DNA of 64,000 bases, from positions 68,076,001 through 68,140,000 of the forward strand of contig OX597823.1 of the NCBI GenBank assembly GCA_951406725.2, in the 5' to 3' direction. Positions 52,416-64,000 of this stretch are shown here, in pieces. The DNA is from Octopus vulgaris. Taxonomy: Eukaryota. Below the pieces are notes generated by a model. It saw only the letters and a program-made list of their open reading frames with translations. It did not search any database and had not been told where the DNA came from. Positions within the stretch are counted from its first letter, which is position 1; each line of letters begins with the position of its first letter. The translations under genes were made by a program, and so were the position numbers.

Positions 52416-52711
52416 TTCTTTGGTGACACCGACTGACATTGGCAGCTGAAACAGCTGTAAGTGATGTTCAAGTTTTGTATTAAGATAATATTTAACTGAT
52501 GGTAGTCGATTTGTTTGTTGATCAAAAGTTTTCTCCATTTTCTGCACATTTTAAATTTAATTCCTGTTATTATTATTCTGTTATTACCTGTATCCTATGT
52601 GCAGAGTATGCTTGCATATCCATGTCCGGGTTAACATAGGTAATTTATACTGGTAGTAATAACGAATATTCTTATCCCTCAGACGGTTATTCCAACTGCT
52701 AACTCTACTTT

Positions 52712-52715
<4 letters not shown>
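52411..52715 (+). mobile_element. Insert of about 300 bp between two (TA)n tracts, with a degenerate hammerhead motif
   Basis: CTGA at 52433...GAAACAGCTGTAAG 52448-52461 (palindromic ACAGCTGT). Confidence 0.45.
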
Positions 52716-52770
<55 letters not shown>

Positions 52771-55134
52771 TAGATAGATAGATAGATAGACAAACAGACA
52801 GACAGAAAGATAAAGATAGATAGATAGATATACTAGTTCCAGTAAAACCATCTAACCCATGCCAGCATGGAAAACAGATGTTAAATGATGATTACAATGA
52901 GGATGACATGATGTATATATATATATATATATATATGCTGAGAAACATAGAATACTGTGTTTAATTTTAGAAGAGTTAACCTAATAAAAAAAGTGAAATC
53001 ATTACTAATCATTGTGAATAGAAATTCAAAATAATTAAACAACTAAGAGGAACTTGGTTACAGTGGCAAAAGATAGTGAAACAAATAATGTATTTTATTT
53101 GTAAAGCGTATTGTACTAGAACTATGTTGAAATCTGAATTTATCTTAGTAAGAAAATGTTCAGTCAACACTCCAGTAACAATGACAAATATTAAATGTGA
53201 GAAGTAAAATATTTAAGTATATAAGTGAAAAGCAAATTCTGTGATAGATATTGGATTATGAACAATGATAATGCAGTTACACAAACATTGAATAAAATAA
53301 AAATGATGTAAACATTGTGGAAAACTATGACTTAACCATGTTATTTACAAAAAATTTCAATTAAAAGAAGACTTAGGAGTTATTTTAAATCTTTTGCTTT
53401 TCTGGAGAAGATTAGAAAACAGGTTACAGTCAGGAATCAGATTTTATTAAAAATCTACTTTTGAGTTTTTAATAAATGAAGTTTATTTTAAATTAGAAAG
53501 CTAAAACTTTTGTGAACAAATTGAAATACCCTTGTAAATAATCAATTTGGCATGTCTAGCAAATTTATTTCTCAGTAATAATTCTTACAGTTGTAAGCAC
53601 AAGGTCTGAAGATAGTCAATTACAGCAACCCCTGTGTTCAACAGGTATTGATTTTATCGACCCCCAAAAGGAATAAAAGTGAAGTTAATCTTGGCAGAAT
53701 TTGAACACAATATTTAACGACAGACAAAATGCCTCTAAACATTTTGCCCTGCATGCTAATGGGTGTGTCAACTCACCAGTAATGACAAAAAATGGATAAT
53801 TTGTAATTTTTTACATACAAGCATAACGCTGGATTGAGGAGTTTAATAATTTCAGTTTACCTTGAATGTATTTATTTTATTAACCTTGAAGGGACAAAAG
53901 GCAAATTTTCCACCTTGAGATTTTGTAAGTCAGCATAAACAGATGTTACTGTTGAGCTCTGGATTAGTTCAGATCAATCTGACTTATATTCAAAGATATT
54001 CAGGATGTAATCTTCCTGTCTTCTTTTTTTCAAACTTATTCTTCCTACTTTTAAGACATTATTATGTGATATGAGAGAAATTTGATGACTATTTCTAGCA
54101 GATCATGTGCCTACATAGAGGCTTTTATATCAGTTCATACAAACGGATATTATTAAATACTTGTAAAGTATTTTTTTAATGCATTATTTATTCAGCTACA
54201 GAGGGTGAGTCAATGATGGAAATGGTTAAATATAAGAATTATACAAATAAACATACTAAAGACACTAATTAAAAATTTATTGCTAAATTCAAATATATAG
54301 ATATTTAGATAATTTAATCGCAATAAACAATGACAAAATACAAGAATACTATGAGATTTATCTGATAAAGTTAGAATTATAAAAGAAAACAGCCATATAT
54401 TATCAATGAATTTCCTTGACATAAACAGAGAAAAATTTCATACATAAAATATTGGATAAAAGAAAGAGCTACCAATAAGAATACAACAGAATAATAGCAA
54501 TATAACTAATAAAATATTATATGCTTCAATAAATATAGAATTACAAAGCTTAGTAAATGGAAAAATACAAAACAAAAATGTTGCATATTTCTTAAATAAT
54601 TTAAAACATCTTTTAGAACATAGTTGTAAGAAAACTTTTCTATCCAATACTTTAAAGAAGGTCTTTCACAAATACATAAAAATTTTTTTCACATATTGAG
54701 AATCAACAATATAAAGCAAATAGAAGATATATAGTAGCTAGTATAAGCAATCAATAAATAGTTGACACACAAGACTGATTACAAGGAGGTATAACAAATA
54801 TGATATATATATATATATATATATACATATGTATATATTGTACATTGAAATACATGAAATGTATGAGCAGGTAAATGTGGATTGTTTATGAGCGTATATA
54901 TTTGGATGCAGGGTATTTTTAGAAATATATGCAAGTCACAAATTATGGGGTTAGAGATATAAACACTTAAAATGACTTTACCACTTGAATAGTACTTGTG
55001 TTATTCACTATAGAATGATAAAGGACAAAACTGGTTCCAGGAGGAATTTCTAATTGAAGTGCAGGACTAAATAAGTAATGAACACCCAACTGATTCTGAA
55101 TTATGTCACTATTTTAATAATAATAATCATAGTT

Positions 55135-55300
55135 ATTTCTGATTTTGACACAAGACCAGCAACTTTGAGGGGAGGGGTTAGTTGATTTCATTGATCCCAG
55201 TAGGTGGCTGGTATTTTCTTTGATTAATTCTGGAGGATGAAAAGCAAGGTCAATCTTGGTAGGATTTGAACTCAGAATGTAAAGAGTAACTCTTGGATGC
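55135..55300 (-). mobile_element. Family B SINE
   Basis: Reverse complement of the family B motifs. Confidence 0.7.
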
Positions 55301-56072
55301 ATTTTTTTTTTATATAAATAAAAACTAACAGACCCAGTAGTATATTTATTGTTATATATTTTTTACTTGTTCCTTTAGCTAAGAAAATACATATATTATT
55401 TTCTGATTTAATTACATATTTTATTCCAAGGAGATTTTTAAAGATATATTAAGGGGATTTGTAACCTTATTATATTTTGATTATGGGTATATTACTTTCA
55501 AAAACTTGTGAGCAAGGTAAAAATGTGAAACTTAAAATACATACATATTTACTTAAATATATATACATACATATGTGTGTGTGTGTGTGTGTAAATATGT
55601 ATATATTTACTGAGAAACGAGGAGTATTTTCAGCAGTGTATAAATATTTACACACCAGTTTTGTCTCCAATAATTTTCCCTCTTGTTTGCAAAGTGCAAC
55701 ATACACCCATAATTGCTTCTTATTTGTCAAGCACTTTTAACAGAGAACTATATTACATGTGTGTGTGTGTATTTGTGGAAGTATCTTGTATGTCTCCTTG
55801 GTCGAGACTGCTGGGAATAGCCTTTAATTTGAATCATAATCCAAATCCAATGTAAATCAGATTGAAGCAATTAACAGAGTTTGGTCCAAGTCTAAACTAT
55901 ATTGATCTAGCCAAGCACTCTAGAATACAAAACAGAGAATTATATGAAGACAAAACAGATTAAAGGGATCTATCTAAAAGCACAAGGAAAAACCACCAAT
56001 AGATCCAAATCTATTTGGCCACCCTACTTTGCTTCTACACTTTTTCAGTATCTATTTATACATATACACACA

Positions 56073-56230
56073 TCTCTCTTTCTCTCTCTCTTGCTCTCTT
56101 TCTCTTTCTCTCACTTGCTCTCTCTCTCTCACACACTTGCTATCTCTCTCTTTCTCTCACTCACTTGCTCTCTCTCTCTCACACACTTGCTATCTCTCTC
56201 TTTCTCTCACTCACTTGCTCTCTTTCTTTG
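56073..56230. repeat. CT-rich tract with an exact 50-bp tandem duplication
   Basis: 56111-56160 is identical to 56161-56210. Confidence 0.9.
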
Positions 56231-57899
56231 TGTCTGTGTGTGAGAGAGAGAGAGCATCATTTATAAGCAGAGACAGAGCACTCAATATCCATGTTATTAG
56301 AGTTTGTTATACTTCATTTTTGTATATTGATATTGGCGTTATGACTTTCCCTAGACATAACAGAGTTTATTAGAGTATAATGTAATATAATCAACAGGAT
56401 ACAAATCATTTCATGAGGTGATGTCATATTCATGCAATTCACATACCAAGTTCAAAAACAGCCAATAACTATTCTGATTAAAGGTAGGAAGTAATTACAA
56501 AGAAAAAAAAAAGAAAGAAAAAAAAGAAAAAACAAAAATGAAAAAATGGTGAGAGTTAACTGAAATATGTAGCTGAAATTTTTCTTCCTTCAAGTGGTGG
56601 TCCTAGGCTTGTGAATATTTGTGTTCATGCATGTACAGAAACATACACACATATACATAAACGTATGCATAAGTACATACATATTTGCACATATGCACAT
56701 ATAAGTGTATGTACATGTGTACATGCATATAAAAATTAATATACATTGATCAAATAAATTAAATGGATAAGGTTATCTTCTAACTTAGATGCAGGATGAC
56801 CAATACTGTATCAGTGGAAAAGGGCAGTTGGAAATTAGATAAAAATTCATTATACATTTCTATATTTGTATACGTCTACTTATTTTTACTAGTGTAAACA
56901 TCTATGTCATAAAGTATAACTTTGCAATCTGATAAAAAAATAGATCAATAAAATAAGTTTCAAAATGAGGAAGTACTAGGAGTGATATGATTGACTAAAA
57001 GCTCTTGATGGGTATGCTGTAGCATGGCCATATCACAAAGACTGAAACCATTAACAAACAATAAATAAAAGTAATAAAATCAGTGTATTTATATAATGTT
57101 GTAGACTGATATAAATAAAAATAGTATCTTTTCAACTGATGAATTTGATATTTGTTTGGCAGAGAATTTATGGCTTCTGTTATACTGTTATACAGTGATT
57201 TCTATCAGATCAGTTTACCTGTTGTTGTATTGTTTTGTTTTTATTATAATCTATATTCAGTCAATTATATTAATCTTATCATATGCAATATTGCACGCTA
57301 GCATTTCTACATTAGAGTTCTCATAATATGTTGCATTTAATTTAGAAAAATCTAAGTTGATGTAAACACGTTAGAAAGTTAAGAATAAAACCATACAGAA
57401 ACAAATATTTAGAATATAAACACAAATGGAATGCATCTCTTAAAAGAAAGAATTATAAACAGGACTTTAATATAATTTTAGCAACTTTCCATTAAATACT
57501 TCTAGGATGAAGAGTTTTATTTTATTTATTGCATTGAGCTACAGAAAAGACAAAAAACTACCAAATTATAAAATTACAGATAAATTGTATTGTGTAATAG
57601 CTAAACCATAAATTTAGCAGAGATATCACCTTTATATAGAATATAAGCTTGTCTCCTTATATATCACCTGTTTAGTTAATTTTTTTAATATATATTTTCA
57701 TTTTAAATTCCCAACAAAAAGAAAACCAATCTGCCAAAATCCTCGCCATTTCTAATACATGTCACAGTTATGTGATACTAACAGTATGTAATGTAAGTAA
57801 TATTACTAAACAACCTGAAAATGCTGAGATGCCTTCAGGTGAGACATCTTCAAGTGAAAGCTCATTTTAAAATACCTAAGTAAAGAAAAATGATTAGTA

Positions 57900-58155
57900 T
57901 CTGTGCATGTGTATGTAGATATATATGCATATATGTATGCATATATATGTATATATTATATATGTATGTATATATATGTAAGTATATATATATATATGTG
58001 TGTGTGTGTGTATATATATATATAATGTATATATATATATATATGTGATATATATATATGTGAATATATATATGCGTGTGTGTGTATATATACGTGTGTG
58101 TGTGTGTGTGAGTGTATTGTATGATATGTGTGTGTGTGCTTCAGTGTGTGTATGT
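57900..58155. repeat. Compound (TA)n/(TG)n microsatellite
   Basis: Read directly from the sequence. Confidence 0.95.
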
Positions 58156-58731
58156 AATTGAATGTGTAAGTCATCTACCCACAAATCACACTCAGACATT
58201 CATCACCACCATTGATTATTTTTATCCGAATTTTTTCATTTTCATATAAAACGTGCTGTACACCTGTTGCTCCTTAATACTTTTTATATCTAATATAACA
58301 GTGATAAGTGACACATTTGTCTTTAAAAAGAGTTTCTCAATAATGTCGTAAGTTAGTGAGAAATATAGTAGTAGCATATTTCTGTTTCATACACACCATA
58401 GCACAGGTAACTGCATTGCATTCATATTATCATATGTAATAGAAATTTACAACCTTTTAATCTCAGACTACTGGTTTTCTTTTGAATATATATTTAGTTC
58501 GTGCCACTAGTGTTGCATCTCAGAGATTTTGTGTGTGAGCACTTCTTCAGAGGAAATAAAATATACACAACAAATACTGACCTCTCACATTCATTATGCT
58601 CAGCATGTATACATACATATATATATATATCACAATCATAATGAGTAAGAGAAAAATTAGCATCTGGTATTGTGGTAGATTATAATAATTAAATTCAGTT
58701 GACTTGTGCCAAGAATTTCTCTCTTGTCATA

Positions 58732-59090
58732 GTGATACCTGCTCAGAGGCCTATGCAAAGTTGCAGAAAGTATACAAAGAGTAGTGTATGAGCCACACAC
58801 AAGTGTACAAGTGGTTCAGACATTTCCAGCATGGCTGAAAAAATGTCGCTATTGACGAATGTTCTGGGAGACCCACAACCAGCAGAACTGATAATAACAT
58901 CGCAGATGTGCATGCAGCTGTGAGGGGAAATTGCCAAATCACCATCTGTGAGTTATCAGAGGATGTGCAGATTAGTTACGGTTCAGTTCAGTCCATTATC
59001 ACTGAAAAGTCAAGTATGAGACGCATGTCTGCCAAGTTTAGGCAAAAATTGCTTTGCACAAAGATCTCTTTGACTGTGTCATAAATGAAA
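58732..59090 (+). pseudogene. Mariner transposase N-terminal (HTH) relic
   Basis: DTCSEAYAKLQKVY...SHTQVYKWFRHFQHG*KNVAIDECSGRPTTSRT...ITICELSEDVQISYGSVQSII...MRRMSAKF. Confidence 0.85.
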
Positions 59091-59347
59091 AACTTTTTGA
59101 AAACTTTGTGTAGGCCTCTGAGCAGGTATCACCAAGCTTTTGGCAAAATTTGATGATGGTTCTCTGTCATGGTCAATGCAATGATCACACACTACATATG
59201 TTCCTTCCAAGCACTGCTGTAAACAAGGGAAGTAAGCTAGAATGTTAACAACAGAGATCAAGGTCAATATGTGCTAAGCAGCTTTACTCTGTGTGCTTCA
59301 GCTTCGTTACTATAGCAACAATCCGGATACTTATTGATCAGACCACG
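59090..59347 (-). mobile_element. 5' end of the same mariner (TIR, 5' UTR, ATG) in inverted orientation
   Basis: Minus strand TA|CGTGGTCTGATCAATAAGTATCCGG TIR; ATG at 59170; IKFCQKLGDTCSEAY. Confidence 0.8.
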
Positions 59348-59799
59348 TACATTGAAATTACTGTTTAAGTATTTGTTAAATGACCTTGGGCATTTCCAAA
59401 TACTCACACCTTCAGTATATACAATACATAAGGTTTCTCTTGCAAGTGTTGCATTGTTGCCCACACAAATTTTGTAAAGCATGCAATGACAAATATGCAG
59501 CTTAATAAAGTCCTTGTTTTCCATTGTCTACCAGACAGAGATTAAATACAAATAATGTGTGTTCGTGTTAATGAGTGTCCACATTAATGTTTGGTCATTA
59601 GCTCTATGCTGATTGGTTGAATGCAAGGATACCTTTTATTGGCTTGTGGAATATTTGTGATAGATGGTCAGACTACTTGCTTAAAAATATGATGTTACTT
59701 TTCAAAGCTCCTCATATATATATATATATGTATGTATATATATGATTAGTGGATGCATGGAAGATGGGCATTAAATGATGATGATGATATATATATATA

Positions 59800-59992
59800 T
59801 TTTATCTTTTACTTGTTTCAGTCATTTGACTGCAGCCATGCTGGAGCACTGAATAAATTGACCCTACAACTTATTTTTTTAAAGCCTAGTACTTATTCTA
59901 TGAGTCTCTTTTTCCTGAACTGCAAAGTTATGAGGACATAACACACCAACACCGGTTATGAAGCAGTGGTGGGGGACTAATACAGACATAAA

Positions 59993-60040
<48 letters not shown>

Positions 60041-60215
60041 TACATACATATATATATATACGACTGGCCTCTTTCAATTTCAGTCTACCGAATCTGCTCA
60101 CAAGGCTTTTGTCGACCTGAGGCTATAGTAGAAGACACTTGTCCAAGTTGCCACGCAGTAGGACTGAATCCAGAACCATGTGGTTGGGAAACAAACTTCT
60201 TAACACACAGCCAAT
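59800..60215 (-). mobile_element. Family A SINE
   Basis: Reverse complement of family A, with internal (CA)n. Confidence 0.85.
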
Positions 60216-62184
60216 GCCTGTTGTTATGAGTTATTAATAAGAGATTATCAATCTAAGCAAAATACTTCTCAAGCTCTCAGTTAATACAAATACACCAGGC
60301 CAACAAAAAGTTTTCAGATTGGTGTAGAACTCCAGGCAAGATCTGGGGTTGAAGTTCCTTACTAGTTGACCTTGTAAATCCATGGTTGCATTCACCGGTT
60401 AATATGGTATTCTTCACAAAGTGACATACAAGAAAATGTATACATAATGGACTTTACATATTTCTTTATTGGTGCGTCTTAGACTTTCAACTGTTTCTGA
60501 TATACATCATAGGTGCATTCAGGGTCCCCTTTACTCAATCAATCGATTGATTGATTGAAAAAAAAAAGAATGAGTTTAACAAATACTATCATCTTCACAT
60601 GATATATATGTATGTATACACAGACACAGAGTGGGCTATATCTATACACACACACACACACAAACACACATGCACATAGTATTTCAATTTATGCACTAGG
60701 AATAGGTCTATCATGTAAACCTATCAATACTGTCTACTTAACGTATATGCATTATTTAAACCACAACTTCTGCTGTTTAAACAACGAAAGTATGTGATAT
60801 TGATAGGTTACACACATATATTTATGTATGTATATAATGCATATATGTATATATATATATATATATATATGTGATATAAACATACACACACACTCACACA
60901 TGTATGTACAAATGTATATATACTCATATACAGACACCATCTCACACACATTTTTTCTCATTGATAATTTTATGGCATTAGGATAGCTGGATAGCTGGCA
61001 CAGCTCAAATAAATCACTGATATTCAAAATAGAATTGCTTCGTTCATTCAGATTGATCAACATGCATGTATTTCAATACAACACCTTTCAGGTTATGTGA
61101 GTTTATTGGAAAAAAACCAAAGATAATTTGATTTACATAAACTGACTATCCTGACAGGGAAGGTATAGAGATTAATAAAATATATGGAATTTAAGAAATT
61201 ATATCCACCAACTATATTACTTTACAAACTGTATATTTCATTTCTAACAGTGTTTGTCATCTACTTTGAAGTGCATATATTTAGATGAAAACTTTGTAGT
61301 ATAATAATCTAATTGAAGAAAAAAAGAATTGACAGACCCCTAACACTACTCCTTCCTTCAATGATGTCTACTCTTTTACCCTCTCAACAACAACCCTCTT
61401 ATAACTACAGATATATTCTACTTATTTAATTTCCTCTCCCTCACACACACACTCTCTCTCTCTCTCTTGTTTCCTACTTTAGTTATAGGGGGCTACTTTA
61501 CCACCGTAGTCTCGCATGCTGCAAGTTGATCTCACATGGGCTGGTGCTTCCATTACACTCTGTAAAGTGGTTGGTATTAGGAATAGTATCCAGACAGAAT
61601 TCATTGAAGTGGATTTTCTACAGTCCTTACTGCCATCATATGTCACTTGTTTCCAAGCAAGGTAATTTTTTTTCTTGGTTGGACATGTTTCATGGAAGGT
61701 AGTGTGATAACACTACAACACTACTTTAAAGAACGTAAAGATGGACAAAATACTGCTAAGCATTTTGCTCGCTGTGCTAATGATTCTGCCAACCTGTCAC
61801 CTTAAACTACTTGTATGATATTGACATGATTTCCAAGACGAAGAAATACAAACATGTACACTCCCCAACACACACACACACACACAAAATGGATTTAACA
61901 TGGTTTCTATGTACCAAGCTCACTCACAAGATTTGGCCTCAATCTATAAGGAAAGACAGTTGCCCAAAGTACTACATAATGGGAGTGAACTCAAACTCAT
62001 GTGGGTGAAAAGCCAGCTTCTTAACCATATAACCACACCAGCACTTATATGTATATGGGTGTGTATGAAACACAAAAACTACTTAAATTTAGCTGATCAT
62101 GATTTGATTTTAGAACTGACTTAGAAAAGGCCAAATTATCTTTTTCAAGTATGTTTACATATATATATACACATCTATACATCT

Positions 62185-62870
62185 TTCATCTTTGGTCTTT
62201 TATCTTTTACCTATTTCAGTCATTAGACTGCAGGCATGCTAGGGCACCACTTTGAAATTCTTTTTTTTAGTTGAAAGTACCCCAGTACTTATTTTATAAG
62301 CCTGGTACTTATTCGATTGGTTTCTTTTGCTGAACTGCTAAGTTATGAGGATCTAAACACACCAACACCAGTTGTCAAGTGATGATAGGGGGACAAACAC
62401 AGGAAATGTGGAGTAGATAAAACAGTGGACAACTGATGAAGGGATTGTCATTTATGTTGCCTGTCTTGTTTTTCTATTTGCTTCTTTCATTGTTCACAAA
62501 AAAAGTTTGTTTTCTATGTTTCTGTTTTTCATGTTGTTTATGTCTTTTGACGTCCTGTACCCATATATGCATGTGTATATACATATATATGTAAGTATGT
62601 ACATGTATGTATATATGCATATATATATATATTTATATTATCATATGATTGAATGCCATGCATCCATTTCCAAGTAAGTTTTACACACACACACACACAT
62701 ATATATAGGATGGTCTTCTTTCAGTTTCTCTCTACCAAATTCACTCACAAGGCTTTTGTCGGCCTGGGGCTATAGCAGAAGACACTTGCCCAAGAAGACA
62801 CTGCCATGCAGTAGGACTGAACCCAGAACCTTGCAGTTGGGAAGCAAGCTTCTTACAACACAACCACTGT
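62185..62870 (-). mobile_element. Family A SINE interrupted by an insertion at about 62402-62680
   Basis: Tail at 62185-62400 and head at 62705-62870. Confidence 0.75.
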
Positions 62871-62901
62871 ATGCATGCATACATGAACACATGGATGAAA
62901 A

Positions 62902-62952
<51 letters not shown>

Positions 62953-63529
62953 ATACACACACACAAAAATAACCACACATACATATTTTGCATTCACATA
63001 TATATAATGAAAATATATAAATATATTTTTTTAAAGTTATTTTGTTTTAATTCATATAATTTGAATCAATATAACCAAATATATTAAAAAGGTTTTAGTA
63101 GATTTTTGTTTATCAGACCATGTAATATGAGGTATTAATTATGCCAAACTTAGATATATATATTAAACATTTTTAATCAACAGTACTCTACAAATATTCT
63201 TACATGTAATACTAAATAGCATAGGAGAGATGTTATTTAACTAAATTAATAAAAGTCTGACAAACCAGCTAACACAAAGTGGTGTTTATATTAATTTTTC
63301 ACAATCTCTTGCTACATCATTGAATAGATATGCATCCATGCTTATATAGATATTTAGCAGTAACAATATAATTGCATAACACATACTCACATACATACAT
63401 GAATACATACACATACATGTACATAAACACACACACACACACACACATGAACACACTATGATTCTGCATGTTAGCATCTAGATTTTAATGTGTATGTAAA
63501 TAAGTACGTACATACATACATATTCCATC

Positions 63530-64000
63530 ACATGCCACGGGGAGAAACTAGAAATAGTTGGTAGCTTCCGCTACCTACGTGACCAAGTCTGTAGTGGGAG
63601 TGGATACTTGGAGAGTGTTGCCACTAGAATAAGAATAGCTTGGGCAAAGTTCAGAAAACTCCTACCTCTGCTGGTGACAAAGGGCCTCTTGATCAGAGTG
63701 AAAGGTACATTGTATGATGAATGCGTGCGATCTGCCATGCTACACAGTTAGTATGATCCACTGGATGTGTAATGTCAGGGTGTGCACACTGCAGAGTATA
63801 AGCACCCTGAGAGAAATGTTAGACATAAGAAGCTTCATATGTGGTGTGCAAGAGAGACGACTGCGCTGGTATAGTCATGTGCTGCGTATGGATGAGGAGA
63901 GCTGTGTGAAGAAGTGTCACTCCCTAACAATGGAAGAATCCAGGGTAGAGGGAGACCCATGAAGACATGGGATGAGGCGGTGAAGCATGACCTTTGATGT
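63530..64000 (+). pseudogene. RTE LINE ORF fragment running off the window end
   Basis: LEIVGSFRYL, RIRIAWAKFRKLLPLL, QERRLRWYSHVLRMDEESCVKKC; colinear with 45660-46150. Confidence 0.9.

Noticed and set aside
60484-60513. Minus-strand CCTATGATGTATATCAGAAACAGTTGAAAG, similar to the 39001 motif
   Set aside because: It needs several corrections (core G, stem II, UH site), too degenerate to call.
62432-62470. CTGATGA as a hammerhead core (also 24319, 49629, 51265)
   Set aside because: No stem II followed by GAAA at a suitable distance; the heptamer alone is expected by chance.

Overview
AT-rich, repeat-saturated eukaryotic non-coding DNA (large intron or intergenic). The SINE, RTE-LINE and microsatellite repertoire points to a coleoid cephalopod such as Octopus; this is an inference. 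No intact host gene, rRNA, true tRNA or CRISPR array is supportable. Most supplied ORFs are microsatellite or SINE translations. The real coding remnants are transposon-derived: RTE LINE 3' fragments, an RTE-type tail with three C2H2 fingers, an R4/Dong-like LINE, a CR1/L2-like RT relic and a rearranged mariner. Also present are a young non-autonomous Helitron, several MITEs and many tRNA/CORE-type SINEs. The most unusual signal is a set of short, mutually unrelated, mostly (TA)n-associated elements carrying minimal type I hammerhead-ribozyme motifs of the Penelope type (CUGANGA, stem II, GAAA, palindromic stem III). Two form head-to-head palindromes (478-980, 38373-38825). Two appear fused to a tRNA-like Pol III head (738-933, 44723-45104), suggesting tRNA-headed, hammerhead-tailed, Penelope-mobilised SINEs. 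Other leads are a G.U-biased 100-nt hairpin at 5001-5102 and an RFX/NF-Y motif cluster at about 24.1-24.4 kb. Coordinates were read by eye and repeat boundaries are approximate.
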